Shown: positions 37,571 to 50,455 of the stretch, one piece after another | Position numbering within the stretch: position 1 is the stretch's first letter | Layout of the letters: each line of letters begins with the position of its first letter | Assembly (NCBI RefSeq): GCF_003704095.1 | Contig: NW_020845097.1 | Location: 248,001-312,000, forward strand | DNA length: 64,000 bases | Direction of reading: 5' to 3' | From: Pocillopora damicornis | Taxonomy: Eukaryota | Made by a program: the position numbers and the translations under genes | The notes under the pieces: model-generated | Databases searched by the model: none | Told to the model about the DNA's origin: nothing | Seen by the model: the letters and a program-made list of their open reading frames with translations, nothing else

Positions 37571-38396
37571 GCTTGCTCTGAACTAACCAGATCGACTCCT
37601 GATACTTCTGGTGTGAAGACGTAACTTTCATCTGATTTTGCGGAGAGCTTGGTAAAGAAAAAATCGAAATTAGCTAGTGCCAGTTCCTCTGGTTCCGAGA
37701 TCGAATTGATAAATTTCTCTCCGATTATGTAAACGGTCGGGATTTATATTGATGTATGTTTTTTTTTTTTACTCTTATGTTTTTTTTTTTAGGCTAAAAA
37801 TTCGCCGGCAATCCTCTTGGTAACTTGAAATCCTGCTATTTTTGCGCATTAGTGTAACGCGGTCCCAAGTTTTATGAGAGTGGTTTTTGTGTGAGATCTT
37901 TACCCGAGATGCCAAAAGAATAATCTTGAGACCATGACAGAAGTACAGAATTAATCGTTTTTGCGCATGTGAACAATAGTTGCACTTTCTCTGCCTAACA
38001 ATTCAAGGGTTTTTTCTATTCCGGCGCAGAACTAATGAGTAGAGTCAGAGCAGAGTCACTAGCTACATCTGGCATTCTTTCACCTCGTTCTTTTATTCAC
38101 TTTTTTTCGAAAGAGAAATCATCAATGTAACTAATCTGACTTTAATCAAAAATGTTTTTGTGTGTGAAAATAACTCGGAGACAGAATCTCTCTTCAAATC
38201 TGAACCCTAAAACTTAACTGGCCCAGTTTTCTTTAACGGAAATGCTCCACTATTATAGATATTTGTTGAAGATACCCAACGCTGCAAATTCTCGTGCAAG
38301 TTTATATCGAAGACAGCACCGGAAACTGAACAACCCACTTAATGAACAGCTAGCCGTTCGCAAACATGTTTTTTTCATAAGTTACAAAAAAACATT

Positions 38397-38856
38397 TGAA
38401 CCTGTATTAAGCAGTTATACACGAGGAATAGCGGCCTGACCGTTTCATACAGTTTGACCAGCAAATAACTTGCGTGACATTGGTGCGTAATATTTGTCCT
38501 AACAATATTACTTAGGAAGAAAGATAGTCTGCAATATATTGAGGGCATTTCAACTCAAAACACTAATATTCATTCCGTGAGATAAACATAAAATGAATTT
38601 GACTCGAAAGATTACTCTTAGTTTTATTCGAGTGGTTCCACTTTAAGTAATCATTTAATATAGATAGGCCAGGAGAACAATACAAACAAGCCTTTGGGAC
38701 TTAGTCAAGGATGACCACGACCGCTTAATAAAGGTGTGACCGCTTAATAGAGATGAAAATTACTGTGCTTAAGGGAAAAAAATTTCGGGATTTCGACAAC
38801 AGACCGCTTAATACTGGATGACCGCTAAGTATGGTGCCGCTTAATACAGGTTCGAT
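38397..38856. mobile_element. MITE, same family as 20913-21695
   Basis: TGAACCTGTATTAAGC...GCTTAATACAGGTTCGA with repeated ACCGCTTAATA. Confidence 0.7.
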
Positions 38857-39912
38857 TTTATTTAAAGGATAATAAACCAAAGGAATATCATTAAACACAA
38901 TATCCTCCATTTGGTGCGAAACATGCTCGTTCGTTCACACTTTAAAGACGTGACTACTCATGTTTGCGGGAAACCCTTGGAAGTTTGGGAGTTAGCTGCG
39001 CACTCGCCACCGATATTTATGCATGCAAATTACCACCTGAAACCTGTAAGATTCATTATCTGCTTGGCGCGTCTTCTGGTTGTGAACAATGATATTCTAT
39101 AATTGCTATGATTTTTTAGTTTCGCTGCAAGCTCTGAGAAGCCTTTGATTTTATCAATGATTCCAATCAGCATACAACTTGGCTGATAGATAAATATTGA
39201 CCTGCTGATTCAATTCGATGATAAAAAGTTTGGATTACCAAACTTGTTCTTTTAGTTACAGGCGCATGAAATCGAAATTAGGGTGTTTCTATGTAAGGGG
39301 CTGCAGCGTAGGTGTGGTATTCTAATTTATCAATCAAACGATCATAACATATTCAGAAATATTTAGACATTTCTTGACACCGTTTTCAAGGGAACACCGG
39401 TAAAAATGGGTGGTAGTGTCTATCCGTCAAGTAATTGGAATTAAATCAAATGTTAAGCCCACATAAGCTTCGTGTTATTTCCTGCTTGGGCGCATGTTTC
39501 TACGATAGCAGGAGGTTTAATGAAAATGGTTTTCACTACATTTAAAATAAACTTTTATTTACACTAAACGAAATTATTTACACTATAATACAGGTTTCGT
39601 AAATGTTTACAGTCAGATGAGGCGGTAGGTTGTTTTGTGGCGAACTGTCCTAGATCCCTATACCTCATCAAATCAGAAACAGAGAACTAAAAGAATGAAT
39701 TTCCATAGGATTTGAATAATTGTCAAATTGCATTTTGAATGTGCTATTTTTTGATTTGACAAACATCCGTTTAGCAGCTTCTATGAAAAAAAAAATTTAC
39801 ACCCTGTTTAATCCTTAAACAGAATTGTACTCCTTAAACTGTTTTCTGGACAGCAACAGGCAGCGGGGTTAAAAGGCCAAAATCTTACCCGCGCAAATAA
39901 AAAAAATCGTTA

Positions 39913-42802
39913 TTATGCATGCTGGGAATTACTGACTGCTTGAATGAATTGAATGACGCGAGACGCGACATCGGGGCGGTTTACTTTATGACTCTTCAAT
40001 ACATTGATGAGGTCGGATATTGTCGCACATTTAGAAGTTCCAAGTTTCAATAACAGCTTGCTGGTTGGACTTCCGTTTTCTCTTTTGTATTCAATCTTTA
40101 GGTGACGGAGTTCATCTCTGCAGATCTCAAACGCAGCACCCACTTTTTGCCAACCATAGCGATGTTCACCTTTGCGTCGCACGTCCAGTTTCTCTACCAG
40201 TAAGACTTCAAGATCTGGAGGTAGCTCGGACAAAATGAGACCTGAAAAATTGAAGAATTTTGTCATAGTTGAAACTCGGATTTCCTCGGCAACCTGAAAT
40301 CGTTTGAAGTCAACAGCAAGAGGCATTAAATCTGGCTAATATTTGGTAAATGGCCCAGATATGTATTCTTGTGAATTTCAACGAATGACGTACTGTACTG
40401 ATTCGATACAACGCTTCGTTCCAATAAGCGCTGTCTCTCTATGAGGGGCTCCATCGAATTTGCTCTTTTTTAAAAAAGCCCGAATACCAATGAGCGGCCT
40501 CATTCCAATTAGCACTCCTATTCGGATAAGTGTCCCTATTCTGTTTCAGTAATATCACTGTTCGAGTACCATTACATTACATAAAGGGGCTCATTTTCCT
40601 CTAATGTCCTCATTGCAAAGACAGTGGTCTTCCTCACAGTCTCTCTATTATGCTCACGTGAGTGCACAGTTCCTTCAAGCAAATGACCTCGTCTTCATAT
40701 TTTGCAGCGATTATTATTATTTTGCTTGGCTGGTCGATCTGCCTAGGAAGAATCAGGAGCAAGTCCATTTTCCAGTCTTCCTGATCCTTTTGGGTAGACA
40801 TCAAAGCTTTGTTTCGCGCATACTGCTGTATTTCAAAAAAGAAATAAGCGCCCTGTCTCTAACAAGCGCCCTGTTCTGAATAGGGGCCCTCCCTTAAGGT
40901 ACCATAAGTCAATAAGCGCCCAGGCGCTAAATCAAATCAATACGGTAGTAATGGGGTATATTTATAACGCAGATGCAGCCTCTCACCTTTAAGATCATCA
41001 GGAGAGGTAGACAGGTCGGTTGAATTCTTTACGTTTAAATGATCAGCATCGTCAGAGGAGTACGACATTTCTATGAAAACAGATGAACAAGGTAAACGAG
41101 TTAGATGAAATAATACGCAAAGTTGACGCTCTATGTGAAAAGATATTTAAATGATTTCGGGTGCAATTTAGAACCAATAAGCACGATTATTTATTAATGT
41201 ACACAGATTGATTTTGTGACCGAAGAAAGATGTGTATAAAACGAAAAAGGACACAAGATTTATGGGTATTTTTTTTAAGCAAACACGATGCGGAATTAAG
41301 TTCCTAAAAAATAATTACAATACACATAATGATTTTTCGCCCACCTTCAATTGACTCTGCGCTCTTTAATCTCTGATAGTCTCGGCAATCCTTATTCCAA
41401 ATAATGTGTCTGATACTATTCAGAAGCCACACCACAAATCCAAGCAATACGGAAATTATGACAAGCACAACAACCACCACAACTTCGACCGACGGAAAAC
41501 CACCCAGCACATAAGTAATGTTTATAATCTGAGATCCCCAGGTGGCGTTAGATGTTTTTCCATGCAACCCTTCTATGTATGGTGTTGTGAAATGTTTTGG
41601 CCTTTTCGATTGCTGTATCAACGGTCGTCGTGGTCTACTTAATAGTAATGACTGGTTGTCATATTTCTTCTCCCAACGCTTAACCGTATACGGAAGGGAA
41701 TGTGCTCTAGATGGAACCGTCGTCGTGCGTGGTATATCCGGTGTAGACCTTTTATGTGAAAAAAAATGCTCATCCAGTTTTGATGAGTTTGAGTTATCAA
41801 GCCTCTCCGTCTTATAGATATCGTTCACCTCCAAAGGAGACCAGGTGAAAACTTTTCCATTTCGGATGCTGAGATGGTTGGTTCCTTTGCCATTTGAAAG
41901 GTATGTAAGTTTAATCCCCTCCGTAGGCAAATGAGTTTTCCTTGGTATCCTCTCAGTGGCGTGAATTGAAATTGGCACACACATCACAATGGTATCGAGA
42001 GTCACTGTTCTGCCACATGGCGGAGTAAGCTTCATGCCTGTACCACAGGGATGACAGGGCTGACATTTAATGATAGTACTGTCATTGCCGATCAACTTGT
42101 AATTTCCTGGTAAACAGGTGTTATTAGTTCCTGCGATATGGTCTAGCCGCCACCACCACCATTGCAACAATACCTGGCTCTGTAAACGGATGGATGAACA
42201 AACAATTATAGTATTTTCCATTCGACTGACTATCACAAGTGTTCGCATTTGGCTCCTAAAGTGTTTTACAATACAGGTTACACTGAAGATGAAACCAACG
42301 GCGAAATTACAGGTAGTTCAGGCATCTGAGCAATGATCATTTGCATGCTAAATGTTTGTATCTAAGTGTAAATAAAGACGTGGATAACCTGTTCCAACCA
42401 AGTTTAACCTCAATACCTCAATAAGACTATCAGGGTAAAGGAACGATGTCTTATCCAGCAATGACCCCCCTTCCCCTTCCTTAAGTCAGGAGGAGTACTT
42501 ATCAAATGAATCAGTTCTTAGAATGATGTCATGTGTAAGAGTAACTATAGGTGCATTTTGGGTAATCAACATCATCGAATTGCGCATGACCCCAAACTGT
42601 GGAAACAACCGAAAAAAAATGGCCCCAATGGCCCCAATGCCGCTACAAAAAAAATGCAATAACAAGCACTTCCACTGAACACTCCACAATTAGATTTTAG
42701 AAGTATTTATTAAATATTTATAGTTGTGGGAGACTGACTTACCAATATCAGCACTACCACGGCAAACAAGAGAAGCACAGCTTTCCATCCTGGAATCGCC
42801 AT
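39913..42802 (-). CDS. TNFR-D: single-CRD TNF receptor-like protein with long stalk, TM and death domain (433 aa)
   Basis: Exons 42743-42802 (MAIPGWKAVLLLFAVVVLIL), 41345-42173, 40987-41070, 39913-40241; 1302 nt in frame. One CRD CLPG...CQPCHPCGTGMKLTPPCG...C; DD LDV...GWQKVGAAFEI...SPTSKLL. Confidence 0.8.
40391..40947. mobile_element. TA-flanked DNA-transposon MITE with AATAAGCGCC subterminal repeats in a TNFR-D intron
   Basis: TACTGTACTGATT...AATCAATACGGTA ends; multiple AATAAGCGC units. Confidence 0.6.
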
Positions 42803-43105
42803 CAGCGTGGATGTTTCGTATTCTAGAGACAATTAAAGCGATTCGATTCTGGAACAGAACAGTTTTGAATATATTTGAGTTAAACTATATATACATATAT
42901 ATATATATATATATAACTCTGCAAAGCTTTAAATGACACACATGTCCGGAGTGCGATTGTTGCCATTTATCCTCATTCACTCCACGACTGCTAATTTAAG
43001 CATCTAACCCATTATACATGTGCTAAGCTAAACTTCCTCGATGTAAGCCATGGTGATCAAGTGGTCACTGTTGGAACACATGATATTGAAGAATTGCGTG
43101 ACATT

Positions 43106-46100
43106 CTTTCCCGATGGCTGCGAAATCATTACAGGGTTACTCGCATATGCCCAAACAAGATGATGATATTCACGAAAAAACTTGAAAATTGCACCTTGTG
43201 TTGTGTGATCGCTTTCGCTCAAAAAGGTTTTTCGCACAAAAACGATAGGGGACGCTGTAGACGAATACTCACAACTCCGTTGAGCCGAATCACAGACACG
43301 ACATTCATGTCTATGTTTGCATTTTATCAGATTGAGTGTGTCATGTAGGAAACCATTATATATTTTAACCTTAAAATGATTATCATACCCGTGTGCTTCT
43401 TGCGTGACCATTTCAATCGCTACTCTCAAGGACACGCAAATGTCAGCTCATGATAAATTAATGACCCTTCACTACCGTTCACTTGAACCCCATGCCGACA
43501 GACAATTGTTTACAATGACATTGTAAACAGCGAATATTTTAGCGCTTTATTTTTGGAAACGAAAAGTAGAGGCACGAGGAAAACATAGCGATTTTGTACA
43601 GATATGGATAGTGCAAAAGCCCCAAAACGTTTCCGTTTTAGATTATAATCAAAAGTAAGAAGTTTCGAGTCGAAGATTAATTACATCAGTGGTCAATCAA
43701 ATTACGACACGCGAACGAAAAGTAAGCTCACATGCTTATGCGTACAAACTTAAGAGCTAAGGAATACTGCAGTAAAAAAAAGTCACGAATTCGACTATCC
43801 GCCCTTATTTGGCAGGTCGTTTAGCTTTGTTTTGCCTTAAGTAGTTTCCTAGAAGGAAAGAACTTAAAACTTAAAAAAATCAAACTGCGCCGTTTCCATG
43901 TGAAGGCAGTCTTGCAATCATGTAGACAAATCGATTACCGGCTAGGGCTCGTTTGAATTTACAATTGAGTCGACGAATATGCAAAGTAAAAGTACCTTTC
44001 TTTGGCTAAGTCAGATGTTTGTGTTGAGTATACCAATCGCAAGACGGGATCTGTGCAGAACAAATCCGATGTTGCAGATAAAATAATTTAGTTGGGATCG
44101 CTGATTTGTTTCCTTGACAGATTATTACACCAATACTTGAATGCCAACACATTCCACAAGTTTAAGACGCTTCTTTTAGCAGCCTGTTTCGGAACCCACT
44201 CACGTAGCAAAATGACTAGTAGAGTTTGATATTTTGCAGAAAGGTCAGAAGCAGCGAGTGTTAGGAGACTGTTCAGGACATCTTNNNNNNNNNNNNNNNN
44301 NNNNNNNNNNNNNNNNNNNNNNNNNNNNNNNNNNNNNNNNNNNNNNNNNNNNNNNNNNNNNNNNNNNNNNNNNNNNNNNNNNNNACAAAAAAGATATCAC
44401 CATGTGACTTAAATATTCAACCACTAATGCAAAGAATGATAATTTTTCAGCCCACATTGCAAGGGTGTATAAAAGCAGTTTCATCTGGAAAGTTCTACAA
44501 AAAAGTAAGCCGTGTTTCGGAATCTTCAATCTGCGTATGCACACTTATCCAAATATTCTGAAGTAATATCCGAAGTACATTACCTGTGTGTTTCATTTCG
44601 CGAACTGAGGGAAAAAGTTGCGTGACTTAGATGAAATCAAAAGAAATGATGGCATTTACTTTTAATTTCAAAACAGTGTAAGCCATTTTAAAATGAAAGT
44701 GACAGAAGCTGTTATGAGAGCTACCTTAAGACTGAGTTGTTTACCGTTTTGGTGGATTTCCGCTCCTCGATCGATTTTACGTCTGAAATTTCGTTCCTTG
44801 GATTGATATGAGGTAGGTTCAGATGTTCCCTAAAGAGCCACGTTATTCGGGTGTATATGCTTCCACTTTTTCCAACCATTTTATTATCATACAGCCAGCG
44901 AAGTGTCAGCGGTAAAGTGGAGATTTATTACAGTGAATCAGAGGCCTTTATCATTCTTGCCAAATACGTCATCAAAGACGGTATGGTCAAGGGGATTCCC
45001 CGTTTGAGAAGTATTGCTCGTCAATAGGCCTCTATTTGGCATTGTTTCTGTTCTGGTTGTGTATTTGCAAGATGTCCTGAACAGTCTTCTAACACTCGCT
45101 GCTTCTGACGTTTCTGGAAAATATCAAACTCTACTAGTCATTTTGTTACGTGAATGGGTTCGGAAACAAGCTGCTAAAAGAAGCGTCTTCAATTGGCTTG
45201 ACTTGTCAAGGAAACAAATCAGCGATCCCAACTAAATCGTTTTATCCGCAACATCGGATTTGTTTTGCACAGATCCCGTCTTGCGATTGGTATACTCAAC
45301 ACAAACATCTGACTCAGCCAAAGAAAGGTACTTTTACTTTGCATATTCGTCGACTCAATTGTAAATTTAAACGAGCCCTAGCCGGTAATCGATTTGTCTA
45401 CATGATTGCAAGACTGCCTTCACATGGAAACGGCGCAGTTTGATTTTTTTAAGTTTTCAGTTCTTTCTTCTAGGAAGCTGCTTAAGGCAAAACAAAGCTG
45501 AACAACCTACCAAATAAGGGCGGATAGTCGAATTCGTGACTTTTTTTCTTGCAGTATTCCTTAGCTCTTAAGTTTGTACGCATAAGTATGTGAGCTTACT
45601 TTTCGTTCGCGTGTCGTAATTTGATTGGCCACTAAAAACGATGTAATTAATCTTCGACTCGAAACATCTAACTTTTGATCATAATCTAAAAAGGAAACGT
45701 TTTTGGGCTTTTGCACTATCCATATCTGTACAAAATCGCCATGTTTTCCTCGTGCCTCTACTTTTGGTTTCCAAAAATAAAGCGCTAAAATATTCGCTGT
45801 TTACAACCTCATTGTAAACAATTGTCTGTCGGCATGGGGTTCAAGTGAACGGTAGTGAAGGGTCATTAATTTATCATGAGCTGACATTTGCGTGTCCTTG
45901 AGAGTAGCGATTAAAATGGTCACGCAAGAAGCACACGGGTATGACAATCATTTTAAGGTTAAAATATATAATGTTTTCCTACATGACACACTCAATCTGA
46001 TAAAATGCAAACATAGACATGAATGTCGTGTCTGTGATTCGGCTCAACGGATCTGTGAGTATTCGTCTACAGTGTCCCCTATCGTTTTTGTGCGAAAAAT

Positions 46101-46221
46101 CTTTTTGAGCGAAAGCGATCACACAACACAAGGTGCAATTTTCAATTTTTTTTGTGAATATCATCATCTTGTTTGGGCATATGCGAGTAACCCTGTAATG
46201 ATTTTGCAGCCATTGGGAAAG
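43106..46221. repeat. Inverted duplication, arms of about 1.15 kb (43106-44284 and 45069-46221), with a spacer containing an N gap
   Basis: Arms are near-identical reverse complements; the same spurious ORF appears at 43028-43435(-) and 45892-46233(+). Confidence 0.9.
44991..45001. promoter_or_regulatory. Palindromic NF-kB-type site GGGGATTCCCC
   Basis: Exact match to the p50-type kB consensus, in the spacer of the inverted repeat within the TNFR cluster. Confidence 0.45.
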
Positions 46222-46248
46222 GGTGTATATTGATTCAAATGCTTACAG

Positions 46249-46560
46249 GTTTGAAATTGACCAACATATCCCAAGATGTCGAAGACATACTTGTGAAAAC
46301 ACTTGATGTACCCCTAATAGGGAAAACTGAATGCAGCTTTGAAAAGTAGGAAAGGCATTGGAGATTGATGACCTTAATCTTCAATACTTGAAGAACAACA
46401 AAGAAGGGAGTCCAACTTGGCAACTGTTGGAAATACTCAAAGCAAAATATCCACATTTCACTGTTGCTGATCTACTACACCCATTAAAGAACTAAAAGGA
46501 TATAAATATCTTCAGACATTGTTTTTATACACTTCAGTATTTAAACACAGTATGAAAGTA
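46249..46560 (+). pseudogene. Frameshifted TNFR death-domain exon (copy 1), opposite strand to the cluster
   Basis: TTACAG|GT LKLTNISQDVEDILVKTLDV..., a 1-nt deletion giving TAG, then VGKALEIDD...SPTWQLLEILKAKYPHFTVADLL in a shifted frame. Confidence 0.8.
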
Positions 46561-47482
46561 AACATACTGACCCAAAAATGCTACTCCAGAGAGTACCTTG
46601 GCAATTTAACTGTTTCACATGCAGGTTTGAGTAGTACTTTGTGTATACATGATTCTTGCCATGTCGTTTCCTGTGCCATCCTTTATTAGCATTATTTGAA
46701 CAGAGGTAAAAATAATTAAGTAGAGCTAACTTATTACCCATGAGATATTATAAAACACCTGTTTTATAAAATTTCTGATTAAGCAGGCAAAGAATTTGTT
46801 GATTTGAGATAGGGGAAGGATTTGGATGGGGGGGGGCATGTGGGGTGCCATGCTTAATTAAAATTTGCTGAGGGTTAAAAGTGTTTAATTCATCATTTCC
46901 CTTTTGAAGAGTTGGCCAAATTGAACAACAACAAAATGAGGTATGCACTTCTTTGTTGAAGAGCCTCTGACATTTACTCCTGAAACTGGAAGAGGAGTAA
47001 TGTTTTTCTCAACTTTAACCAAGATCAAAAAGTTGCAATAGTCCAGCCTATCATTAGACTATTTAGGCTGAATGTAAGGAGGGAGGAGGGAAACATATAG
47101 TGGAGGGCTTTAAACTCTCCCACCACCTGGGGTGGTGGGAGAGCTTATTCCTTGAACTTTGACTAGTTCAGGATTTTCCATTTACACCTAGCTGATCCCT
47201 GAATATGCCATGTAATGAAGACATGAATATAACAATGCTGTGATAGGCTGAATTTTCATCTGAAAGAGTTGCATGTTTTTTTTCAAAGAGGCCTTAAATT
47301 AGCAAAGACATAAATATCTCCAAAAATGTAAATATAGTCATTTTAAGGTGTGCAGTATTAAAATGTGTTTGTTTTATTAAACNNNNNNNNNNNNNNNNNN
47401 NNNNNNNNNNNNNNNNNNNNNNNNNNNNNNNNNNNNNNNNNNNNNNNNNNNNNNNNNNNNNNNNNNNNNNNNNNNNNNNNNN

Positions 47483-47789
47483 ATTGACCAACATATCCCA
47501 AGATGTCGAAGACATACTTGTGAAAACACTTGATGTGCCCCTAATGGGGAAAACTGAATGCGGCTTTCAAAAAGTGGGAAAGGCATTGGAGATTGATGNN
47601 NNNNNNNNNNNNNNNNNNNNNNNNNNNNNNNNNNNNNNNNNNNNNNNNNNNNNNNNNNNNNNNNNNNNNNNNNNNNNNNNNNNNNNNNNNNNNNNNNNNN
47701 NNNNNNNACCCATTAAAGAACTAAAGGACATAAATATCTTCAGACATTGTTCTTATACACTTCAGCATTTAAACACAGTACAAAACTAA
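47483..47789 (+). pseudogene. TNFR death-domain exon (copy 2, gapped); direct duplicate of 46257-47382 extending to 48588
   Basis: LTNISQDVEDILVKTLDVPLMGKTECGFQKVGKALEID, then an N gap; downstream sequence duplicates copy 1. Confidence 0.65.
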
Positions 47790-48811
47790 ACATACTGACC
47801 CAAAAAATGCTACTCCAGAGAGTACCTTGACAAGTTAACTTTTACACTTGCAGGTTGAGTAGTACTTTGTGTATACATGATTCTTGCCATGTCATTTATT
47901 ATCAGCAGAAATTGACTGTGCCATCCTTCATTAGCATTATTTGAATAGATGTAAATAATTAAGTAGAGCTAACTTATTAGCCATGAGATATTATAAAACA
48001 CCTGTTTTATAAAATCTCTGATTAAGCAGGCAAGGAATTTGTTGATTTGAGATAGGGGAAGGATTTGGAGGGAAGGCATGTGAGGTGGCATGCTTAATTG
48101 AAATTTGCTGAGGGTTAAAAGTGTTTAATTTATCATTTCCCTTTTGAAGAGTTGACCAAATTGAACAACAACAAAATGAGGTATGCACTTCTTTGTTAAA
48201 GAGCCTGTGNNNNNNNNNNNNNNNNNNNNNNNNNNNNNNNNNNNNNNNNNNNNNNNNNNNNNNNNNNNNNNNNNNNNNNNNNNNNNNNNNNNNNNNNNNN
48301 NNNNNNNNNNNNNNNATTGGAGAGCTTTAAATCTGGGGTGGTGGGAGAGCTTATTCATTGAACTTTGACTAGTTCATGGTTTTCTATTTACACTTAGCTG
48401 ATCCCTGAATGTGCCATGTAATGAAGACATGAATATAACAATGCTGTAGTGATAGGCTGAATTTTCATCTGAANNNNNNNNNNGTTTTTTTTCAAAGAGG
48501 CCTTAAATTTAGCGAAGATGTAAATATCTCCAAAAATGTAAATATAGCCATTTTAAGGTGTGTAGTATTAAAATGTGTTTGTTTTATTNNNNNNNNNNTT
48601 GAGAAAATAATATAAAAATGATACTAACATGTGATAAAATGTTTAACATTTTACAGGAAATGTTAATGGACAATTGTAAATTTGGGTGTTTTAGGANNNN
48701 NNNNNNNNNNNNNNNNNNNNNNNNNNNNNNNNNNNNNNNNNNNNNNNNNNNNNNNNNNNNNNNNNNNNNNNNNNNNNNNNNNNNNNNNNNNNNNNNTATT
48801 GCATAACTTGC

Positions 48812-50398
48812 CTTTTTTAGGTGTTGTGTCACATGTAACAGGCTCAAATCCTTCATAATTGCGATTTATGTATTGTGCACAACAGGTCATCGTAATACCA
48901 GTTTTCTGAGGTTTACAGCATATTATTATGAACAAACCAACGGAAGTAAGTGCAATAATTCCAAGTATCACTGCAAGTGAAATTAACACAGCTATCAAGT
49001 GTTTAATGGTTTCATTAAGGTAGCTTACAGCCATCAGCAACGTTGGCTCTACAGCATTCCCACTGGGAAGAGTTCCAAATCCCTTCTGTGGTCCAGTGGT
49101 GGTGTTGTGGGTACTGCTTGAGATGATTTGAGTTGAATGTATTTCTTCCTTGGCCACATTTGAAGTAGATTCTACATTTTCTCTTTGTATGGCCTGCAGC
49201 ACCTCTGTTGTAACTCTTGTTCTCGTTAACTTGGATACTATGACCTGTAAACCCTGTTTTTTTAGTTGGTCTGAGTTGTTACCTGAAGAAAGGTCATGGA
49301 GTGGCATTGGCACAGGAGGTGTCACTCTTTTAGGCATTCGCACACTTTGAGAATTTGAAGCATCTACTTGTTGAGGGTTGCGTTCCCCACTTTCCATTTC
49401 TTTGGTGCAGTTTTTTCTCAAGCATCGCCTCAGATAAAAGCATTCCACCTCAGCAAAGCGTTTTATTGCACAGCAAGTTGAGCATTTTTTACAAGAGTCA
49501 ACTGTGTAGCCCCATTGGTAGGTTCCACGAGGACAGCCTCCGCAGTGTGCATTTGTCTCTGATGTACATGGGCTAGTGGTCTCTCTCGGGTGACATGTCC
49601 TGCAGGCTTTACATGCTGCACTACCATGTCTCTCTTTAAAACTTTGGGATGGACATGTCGTACAGGTTATTGAGGCAGCATTTTGCTGTAATTTACTGCC
49701 ACATGGTGGAGTTAGTTGGTGACCTGGGGCACAGTCTGGGCAAAGCTGACATCCGATTGTCGTATTTTGGTGACCAAGAATAGTGTATGATGAAGTTGGA
49801 CATGTTCCATCAGGATTGTTATTAGCTTGGGGCAATTCCGGTAGAATAAACAACTGTGCGAGAAGAAAATGAGATGTTAAAGCACTTGCATAGCCTGTAT
49901 ACAGCCATCCCCTTCCCCAAATTTTAACTTTGGGGAGGGGGTCTGGCTGTACATTGGCTACTACTGAAATATTAAGGGAGTTCATTTGTTATCTGCAATC
50001 TACCCTGCACTCCCCTCGTAACTTATCCCAAAAATGGCTGCAATCTAAATTCGTTAATTTATCCGTGCATTTTGAAAAATCAGTGAAAATTTCAGGCCCA
50101 AATCTCTTAGAACTGCCTTAGAATCGCCATGTGAATCGTTATTCTCCCCTATAGTCACACTTGGATCACCTAGTACATACAAATATTTGTCCACTAAGAC
50201 CTTTCGGCCCAAAACCCCTGTTTACACGCTCGCGTACTCGCTAGAAGCACGTGATTATTAGATTCAAACAACAAAGTTAAAACCCAGGTATAAATATGGG
50301 TGTTTTTGGGCACCAAACCATACAGATAGCGAAATCAGAAGTCGCTAGAAAGTCACTAAATCAAACTTAAATAATGTCAAGAAAATGGCGATTTAAAT

Positions 50399-50455
<57 letters not shown>

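Noticed and set aside
43028-43435. 135-aa ORF and its twin at 45892-46233
   Set aside because: Non-ATG start and no recognisable domain; similarity is due only to the DNA duplication
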